DNA of 14,253 bases. Source: Oligoflexales bacterium. GTDB taxonomy: Bacteria; Bdellovibrionota_B; Oligoflexia; Oligoflexales; Bog-1112. Position 1 is the first letter of the stretch. The number at the start of each line of letters is the position of its first letter. This document shows, piece by piece, positions 8,549 to 14,253 of the stretch. The translations under genes and the position numbers were made by a program. The stretch lies in NCBI GenBank assembly GCA_045105515.1, contig JBGCDR010000057.1, positions 1 to 14,253 of the forward strand, given 5' to 3'. The notes below the pieces were generated by a model that saw only the letters and a program-made list of their open reading frames with translations, did not search any database and was not told the DNA's origin.

Positions 8549-8850
8549 GTTAAATCCTTCCCCCATTTATGGAATTGAACCGAATAGTCGTATCCACAGT
8601 TATTACAATTTCAAGCACTAAACCAAAAGTGATAGGGGTACAAGAACTATTTTATTACGAACCAACCATAGTAAAAGAGGTGTATTTTCATTAATGGTAA
8701 ATCTCTTTCCGCATATAAAAGGATCATAAGTTCGATCAGTTTGGAAATTCTTATTTCTTCTTCATGTCAGAAAGCTTAATAATTGAGCAAGAATGAAAGC
8801 TTCCTACCATGGGATATAGGAACTATTACTAGTTTACCTAGAAGAGATGC

Positions 8851-8878
8851 TTGCAATATTTCCATAAAAAAATATTAT
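8851..8878 (+). promoter_or_regulatory. Putative sigma70 promoter for the metalloprotease
   Basis: TTGCAA (8851-8856), 16 nt, TATTAT (8873-8878), ending 37 nt before the ATG. Confidence 0.3.
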
Positions 8879-8915
8879 TCTTGCCTGTTGACTGAGAACT
8901 GCATAAGGAAAGAAG

Positions 8916-11585
8916 ATGTTAAGTTTATCTAAGAAATTTTTTCACCTCATTGTTTGTTTAGGCAGCTTGGGAGTTTCGACTTTATCGACAGCTTCCGGGG
9001 AGCAAACTAAGATCAAGCCCTGTGATACAGACCACCTTTGTCTCTCAGAGAAAGCTCTTGGTAAAGACCACCTTTTTTTATGGTTAGAGAGTTTGATTAC
9101 CAATGACTATACCCCGCAGTTTGAAAGTCTTGGAACCCGCAAATCATTGGTTCATTTTGAACGTAAGGGCGCATCTCTTCTCTTATATGAAGCGGTTGAG
9201 GGAAACCAGGTTGATCTAGAGCGAGCTGAAGCAGCTGTAGTCTATAAATTTCCGATCACCAGGGTGGAAGGTGATTGGATTAAGTTTGATTTTGCCAAAG
9301 GGGTTCGTGATATTGCTTTAAACGATTTTGGCCAAGGAGCTGAAATAGGTTATAGCATAGAAAAGAATATCGTGAGCAATATGTTTGTAGCCAAGTCAGG
9401 GACTTTGGTAGTTGATCAAGATGGTCGTTTTTTGCCTGCTAATCATGGGCGTCGCATATCCATTGCAGCTCGTATGCGTTATATGATTTCCAGTTACTCA
9501 AAAAATGAGCAATTTGTTGCAAAGGAAGGCTCACGTTTTGAAAACGTTGGCTTTTTTGAATCCCCGAGTTTGATTGAGGCGGAAACGGGAAGACTCAAAA
9601 ATTACATCGCTCGTTGGGATACCACTAAGCCAATTGTATTTCATGTTTCGTCACAGGTGCCTGAGGATTTTCGTGAAGCTGTTAAAGCCGGGGTGCGCTA
9701 CTGGGATGGTATCATCCCTGGTTTTAAGATTGAAGTTCACGATGCTCCTAAAGATATCCGTGCACCTCATCCTGATTATAATTTGATTGATTGGGTTGAT
9801 TGGAAAAACGCTGGCTATGCTTATGCTGATTTTAGTGTGGACCCACTAAGTGGAGAAATGATGCATGCTTCTGTGTTCATGACATCCTTTTGGGGGTTTT
9901 ATACAGCTCGGCAAGTACGCCAGATGATTAGAACACTTGAAAATCAAGAGGACGATAAGTCTAAAAAGAATGGCTTTCATCTTAACAAGCATCAATCGAC
10001 TTTGATTTGCCATCATAATAGCAAGGACTTACGGGATAGCTTGCGTGAAATACTCACCATGCAGAAGGATGACAAGTTATTGTTACAGCTTTCCCAAGAG
10101 ATGATTGCCAATGTGACTGCCCATGAGATCGGGCACACTCTTGGCTTGCGTCATAACTTTGCTGGGCATACCGCAGCAACTTTGAGTCCTCTTGAGATTG
10201 ATAGGGAGCTTGGAGAGCACTTAAGAGATCCAAAGAAGGAGTTAAGTAGGAACCTAGAAGTAAGTAGTACGGTGATGGATTACCCAACTTTTGCCGTTGA
10301 TCTTATGATTGGCAATCAAGTTATGAAAGGCTCAGGAGAGGTTTACGCTTACGACAAGCTTGCAATTGAATGGGGCTATAACAAGGATAAAAAAGAGGAG
10401 GACTACGATTTTGCAGGGCCGCAATTCTGTACTGATGGGCATGCTTATAACGAGACCTTTGTAGATTGTGGAGTTTTCAGACTGGGAGCCAATATCTTTA
10501 GCGGCCCATTTCACCAACTTGGAAAGGCCATAAGCCTGATTTCTTCGAATATTCTCGAGTACTATATTGGAAAAGTTTCACCATTTAGCCCGGAAGAGGC
10601 AATTTCAGTTCGAAAGGTAAATCTTGAGCCTCTGGTACAGCGTCTGGCAAGTTCTATTGTCAATGAATATCAAAGCATGCTAGCAATGTTTTCAGGGGCA
10701 AAGCGTTCGCTTGAGGTGGAAAGATCTAAGTCATTTGTCGAAAACTCTAGTGATTATGAGAGACGAACTCAGTATGTAGACTGGGTCGCAAATCACGCTA
10801 AAGCTTTTGGTGGTGTGGATGTTTTACTAGGTAAAGCTTTTGAAAATGCTGGGTTTCTCGAGATTGAAGATGCTAGAGGTGTAAAAATTACACCGATATT
10901 TGCCAAGGCATTGGATCAACTGATAAACGAAGTTGCTGATGAAGCTAAAGAACCTGAGCGTTTAGTTAGTACCCTTCCAGAAAAATGGGCTACCCATGCT
11001 ATCAAGCGTTGGCTTGCCTTGACCGAGGGAGAATATTCTTTCATGGGGGCTGATGGCAGGGAGTATACCTTTTCTGATGAAGACACCATTTTCATCCGGA
11101 AGCAGGGGCTTAAGGCTATGGAGAAGGTCTTCCGTTTGACCCTCTTGGGCTTCTTGCAGGCTATTGGCGACGCATCTTTTGACTTGGAATCAGCAGCCTT
11201 TGAATATCCTCTAGAGGATGGAATAGAAACACAGCTAGAACGCAAGGTGGGAAGCATTGCCGAAGCCTTTATCCTTCCAGAGTCTAATGTGGACTTCATC
11301 AACGGGACTTGGGAAAGCAGTAAGGTATTTTATCGGGTGGTTCCGCAGTTTGTATATCCCCATAGTATCCGTCTTGCTGCTGTAGATATGCTTATTAAAG
11401 AAAATCACAAGATTTGGGGTGCTCCGGAAAGGAAAAGCTTGAGAAAGTCTTTTGGGTCGAAAGTAAAAAAGTACTTAGGGGCAGAGGTTTGTGAAGTTGA
11501 TAGTGAGCAACTTTCTTTGCCTTTAAGAGTTTGGGTAGAGAAGCAAAAAAGGATCTACCTTAAGTTGAAACCTGCATCTGATTGA
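8916..11585 (+). CDS. Secreted zinc-dependent metzincin metalloprotease, DUF5117/DUF4953 (EcxA-like) type (889 aa)
   Basis: HEIGHTLGLRHNF (HExxHxxGxxH, 10122-10154), Met-turn STVMDY and AYDKLAIEWGY. Upstream motifs YIARWD-x2-KPIVF, VPEDFREAVKAGVRYW and DPLSGEM are typical of this family. Signal peptide and SD AAGGA present. Confidence 0.93.
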   Translation: MLSLSKKFFHLIVCLGSLGVSTLSTASGEQTKIKPCDTDHLCLSEKALGKDHLFLWLESLITNDYTPQFESLGTRKSLVHFERKGASLLLYEAVEGNQVDLERAEAAVVYKFPITRVEGDWIKFDFAKGVRDIALNDFGQGAEIGYSIEKNIVSNMFVAKSGTLVVDQDGRFLPANHGRRISIAARMRYMISSYSKNEQFVAKEGSRFENVGFFESPSLIEAETGRLKNYIARWDTTKPIVFHVSSQVPEDFREAVKAGVRYWDGIIPGFKIEVHDAPKDIRAPHPDYNLIDWVDWKNAGYAYADFSVDPLSGEMMHASVFMTSFWGFYTARQVRQMIRTLENQEDDKSKKNGFHLNKHQSTLICHHNSKDLRDSLREILTMQKDDKLLLQLSQEMIANVTAHEIGHTLGLRHNFAGHTAATLSPLEIDRELGEHLRDPKKELSRNLEVSSTVMDYPTFAVDLMIGNQVMKGSGEVYAYDKLAIEWGYNKDKKEEDYDFAGPQFCTDGHAYNETFVDCGVFRLGANIFSGPFHQLGKAISLISSNILEYYIGKVSPFSPEEAISVRKVNLEPLVQRLASSIVNEYQSMLAMFSGAKRSLEVERSKSFVENSSDYERRTQYVDWVANHAKAFGGVDVLLGKAFENAGFLEIEDARGVKITPIFAKALDQLINEVADEAKEPERLVSTLPEKWATHAIKRWLALTEGEYSFMGADGREYTFSDEDTIFIRKQGLKAMEKVFRLTLLGFLQAIGDASFDLESAAFEYPLEDGIETQLERKVGSIAEAFILPESNVDFINGTWESSKVFYRVVPQFVYPHSIRLAAVDMLIKENHKIWGAPERKSLRKSFGSKVKKYLGAEVCEVDSEQLSLPLRVWVEKQKRIYLKLKPASD

Positions 11586-11597
11586 CAGGTTATTTCT

Positions 11598-11610
11598 GGG
11601 GTAATGCCCC
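11598..11610. terminator. Short GC hairpin between convergent genes
   Basis: GGGG-TAATG-CCCC in the 34-bp gap between stops at 11585 and 11620. The stem is weak. Confidence 0.3.
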
Positions 11611-11619
11611 GCAATTTTA

Positions 11620-12264
11620 TCAATCTAAACATAAAAACCATAAATTGCAGCAACTAAAGCCATCGCAACAACAGGGAGGATAAATAGGAAAATAGCAGCC
11701 ACATGCGAACTTCCAACATGGTATGGTCAATTGCTGATCCTTGACGAATTGGGCGTTACATTTTTTGCAATGCATATGTGGGCAGCCATGGGTGTACTGA
11801 TAAATTGACTTGCACATAGGGCATACTTCATACTCTGCTGATGGTATGCAGCATGCATTTTCCTCGGATGGACATAAAAATCCAAAGCTAAGGTACCTAA
11901 ATATCCCAAAAAGAAATTTTCCGCATAGAAGTGATTTGTTTTTATACTGTTGTTGGACGAGCTGTCTTTCAAACTTTTTCCTAACTACTTTTATCTGCTC
12001 AAGATCACAAAGTCCTTCAGCCTCTTCAAGGTTTAGGGTTAAGCCACATGTTTCGTCAGGGCATTTTATTTCATATTTTTCTAGAGCAATTTGCTCCTTG
12101 AAGAAGCTCTTCCAACAGTCAGTGCAATAACCGTGGTCTGAGCAATTTATCTTAACAATCTCTTCTACGTTGTCAGCACAGATAAAGCATTCCAAGTCTG
12201 TTTCTTGGGATGCAATACATACTCCTTGTAGCAGAAATAATATGAGGGTGAGTAGCTTAAACAT
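11620..12264 (-). CDS. Signal-peptide-bearing RBR-like (RING1 + RING2/Rcat) E3 ubiquitin-ligase-like protein (214 aa)
   Basis: RING1: CFIC-x11-CSDHGYCTDCW-x14-IKCPDETC. RING2: CPMCKSIYQYTHGCPHMHCKKCNAQF. ATG at 12264 follows GGAG. Signal-like N-terminus MFKLLTLILFLLQGVCIA. Confidence 0.85.
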   Translation of the reverse strand: MFKLLTLILFLLQGVCIASQETDLECFICADNVEEIVKINCSDHGYCTDCWKSFFKEQIALEKYEIKCPDETCGLTLNLEEAEGLCDLEQIKVVRKKFERQLVQQQYKNKSLLCGKFLFGIFRYLSFGFLCPSEENACCIPSAEYEVCPMCKSIYQYTHGCPHMHCKKCNAQFVKDQQLTIPCWKFACGCYFPIYPPCCCDGFSCCNLWFLCLD

Positions 12265-12300
12265 ATTTCTCCATTTCACCGATCAGCTTTTGATTTAGGT

Positions 12301-12927
12301 CTAAAACTCTATTTTCTTAACTAAGTCCTCGCTTAGCTCTTCAATATCTTGCAATTCAACGCCACTCAAAAAGTCAACATCAATCTTGTCTGCTTTGAAT
12401 TTATCCTCTTCCAACCACACTCGTGCATCTTTTGGAACCTCAATGATGGCTAAAGTATCACCACTATCTGCAAATTCATGAGCGTTTAAGATATGAGTAA
12501 AAAATAATCCCCCTTCATGACATTCACCACTTGGTTTGAATTGCTCGCCTCTTTTGCTGTATTGGTTGCGAATGACAAATCTTTTCCAAGGTAAACAGAA
12601 GCAGCAAGGAGTTTCAACATACTCAGTATTTACGATTTTATTGTCACTAATATCATTAAGTCCTTGTTTATATTTATAATTGTAGTGTTTTTTATTCTTG
12701 TTAATGAACTTGATGAAATGATCTCCTTCAAAAAGCTCATTAAACTCCTCTCCAGATATTTCCACATGGAGGGGTAAAACCTCTTTTGGTTTTGCAAGAT
12801 TTTTAATTATTTTTGCTTTTTTTGCTGCGGAATGTTCACTAGCATAAGTTGTATGCAAACTAGTGCTAAAAATAAATACAGACAAAATCATAGTCGATAC
12901 AATATTTTTTAGATTTAATCGATGCAT
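12301..12927 (-). CDS. Exported protein (208 aa) with a giant-virus-like domain
   Basis: SD GGAG and signal peptide ending TTYA. The core SGEEFN...FIKF...HYNYKYKQGLN...FKPSGEC-x2-GGLFFT...IIEVPKDARVW-x3-DKFKADK matches, from memory, a domain of Mimiviridae repeat-protein N-termini. Confidence 0.75.
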   Translation of the reverse strand: MHRLNLKNIVSTMILSVFIFSTSLHTTYASEHSAAKKAKIIKNLAKPKEVLPLHVEISGEEFNELFEGDHFIKFINKNKKHYNYKYKQGLNDISDNKIVNTEYVETPCCFCLPWKRFVIRNQYSKRGEQFKPSGECHEGGLFFTHILNAHEFADSGDTLAIIEVPKDARVWLEEDKFKADKIDVDFLSGVELQDIEELSEDLVKKIEF

Positions 12928-13485
12928 AAATTCTCCATGAAATAAGTTAAATTGTTATTAGGCTAAAAGTCCTAAAAATCAATATAGGTAGTTACCATAT
13001 GTTTTTATTAGCTTCCAATCGGAAATAGTTTTTTCACCTTGGCTGCAACATCAAAGTTCATTCTGGCAGTTTCTTAATCACAGTCCGTCTATATACCTGG
13101 CATCATTAAAGGCGCAAATTCTCTCTGATGATTATTTGCAGTTTCTTTTTATAATTTTTATAGGTGAGAATTAGATTGAAGCTTTTAAAAAATTGATTAA
13201 AGAGGAAAAGCCCAAAAAAAAGAAAAAAAATGATCTTGAGGGCCTCTATGGATACAAGATCATTGGAAATAGTAAATGCCATTAACAACAACTGGCTAAT
13301 TATCTATATCTGAATTTTTAAGAATATCCTGAGAAATTATTGTAATTACCTAAAATTAAGGAAATAAGTGAGGGGAATATAATCAGCAAGAAACTAACAG
13401 ATTCTCCTCAAATTTATGGGAATAGAAAAAACAATAGGATGGAAAAAAAGCTAATAAAACCGAGTTCTCTCAAAATTTTGGCATA

Positions 13486-13971
13486 TTACCTCAGGGGAAA
13501 TCTATTGATGAAATCTACGATTCGATCATCTAGTTTTGACAAAAATGAATACCAATCCTCTTTGATTTCAGCATCTAATTTTTGAAACTGAGTGCCATGC
13601 TTGTTTTTATCGATAAGCTCTTTGGCTTCAAGTTTGGCTAGGGCCATCTGAACCTTGGCATGATCAAACTTCTCTTCAGCCTTGTCTCCAAAAGTATCAA
13701 CCAAATGATCCATTTCTTCTTTTAGTGATTCCCAACGCTCTTTGGCATTCATTAGAGCGAGATGAGCCTGTAGTTGTGCTTCGTCGGAATCCTGTTTAAC
13801 ACCCTCTGAGAATTCATTAAGATCTTTTCTAATATGGTCAAACTGGCTTTCAAATTTTTCCCAAGCACTTTTTGAGTCCATTGAAGCGAGGTGAGTTTTT
13901 AATTTAACAGTATCAACAAATTTATCAATTGAGGCTTTTGCCTGGTTTGCGAGTTTTGTCGCTTTATCCAT
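13486..13971 (-). CDS. Cytoplasmic all-helical hypothetical protein with three internal repeats (161 aa)
   Basis: SD AGGAG. Repeats DTVKLKTHLASMDSK, DEAQLQAHLALMNAK and DHAKVQMALAKLEAK. Confidence 0.85.
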   Translation of the reverse strand: MDKATKLANQAKASIDKFVDTVKLKTHLASMDSKSAWEKFESQFDHIRKDLNEFSEGVKQDSDEAQLQAHLALMNAKERWESLKEEMDHLVDTFGDKAEEKFDHAKVQMALAKLEAKELIDKNKHGTQFQKLDAEIKEDWYSFLSKLDDRIVDFINRFPLR

Positions 13972-14253
13972 GGTTTTCTCCTAACCCAGCAGAATTTATT
14001 CAAGGCTTAATTTATCTCACAGACTATTAAAAAAAGCTGTAGTAAAAAGCTTCATATATCAAAAATGTTATGTGCAGCAAATGTAATGTATTGAATTTAC
14101 CCACCATTAAACCCCAGGGCTGATTCAAATAAGATTTTTTCCAATTTTTCATTAAATAGGTCAGAAAAATTCTAAGCCGCAGTACCAAAAGTGACTAGAT
14201 AAAAAAAATATAGGAAGAAAAAACTTAAAAAAAATGGCTCACTTTTATTAAAA

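Noticed and set aside
1182..12130. Short overlapping ORFs (1182-1364, 2480-2704, 4915-5157, 6795-7010, 6890-7087, 9574-9786, 10054-10287, 10332-10517, 10916-11302, 11727-11972, 11810-12130)
   Set aside because: Antisense or alternate-frame shadows of better-supported genes, with no motifs.
13106..13484. 61-aa hydrophobic minus-strand ORF and upstream broken hydrophobic frames (possible membrane-protein pseudogene)
   Set aside because: The T-rich strand produces F/L/I stretches by chance; no SD or family motif. BLASTX would be needed to rescue it.
14117..14127. GGGCTGATTC resembling the tmRNA 5' end
   Set aside because: No following GGATTCGAC, tag reading frame or tRNA-like 3' end.

Overview
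AT-rich bacterial DNA with 12 credible CDSs and Shine-Dalgarno-type starts. I found no rRNA, tRNA, CRISPR array or intact transposase. The left part (1-4.9 kb) holds a Cys-rich CWC-family protein, an exported hypothetical, a universal stress protein, an OmpA/MotB-domain lipoprotein, a LysE-family exporter and a possible decayed GNAT gene. From 5.0 to 12.9 kb, six consecutive genes all begin with signal-peptide-like N-termini, including a large metzincin metalloprotease. The most unusual part is a minus-strand two-gene unit (12927->11620). It encodes (i) a protein whose core resembles, from memory, a domain common in Mimiviridae-type giant-virus proteins, and (ii) a eukaryote-type RBR-like ubiquitin ligase (RING1 plus a RING2/Rcat motif retaining the GCxHM catalytic Cys, with no recognisable IBR). 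Both carry bacterial export signals and Cys clusters, so they may form a host-directed effector cassette of a protist-associated or predatory bacterium. The gene style suggests Oligoflexia/Bdellovibrionota, but that is inference only. All family calls come from motif recognition by eye; no searches were run.
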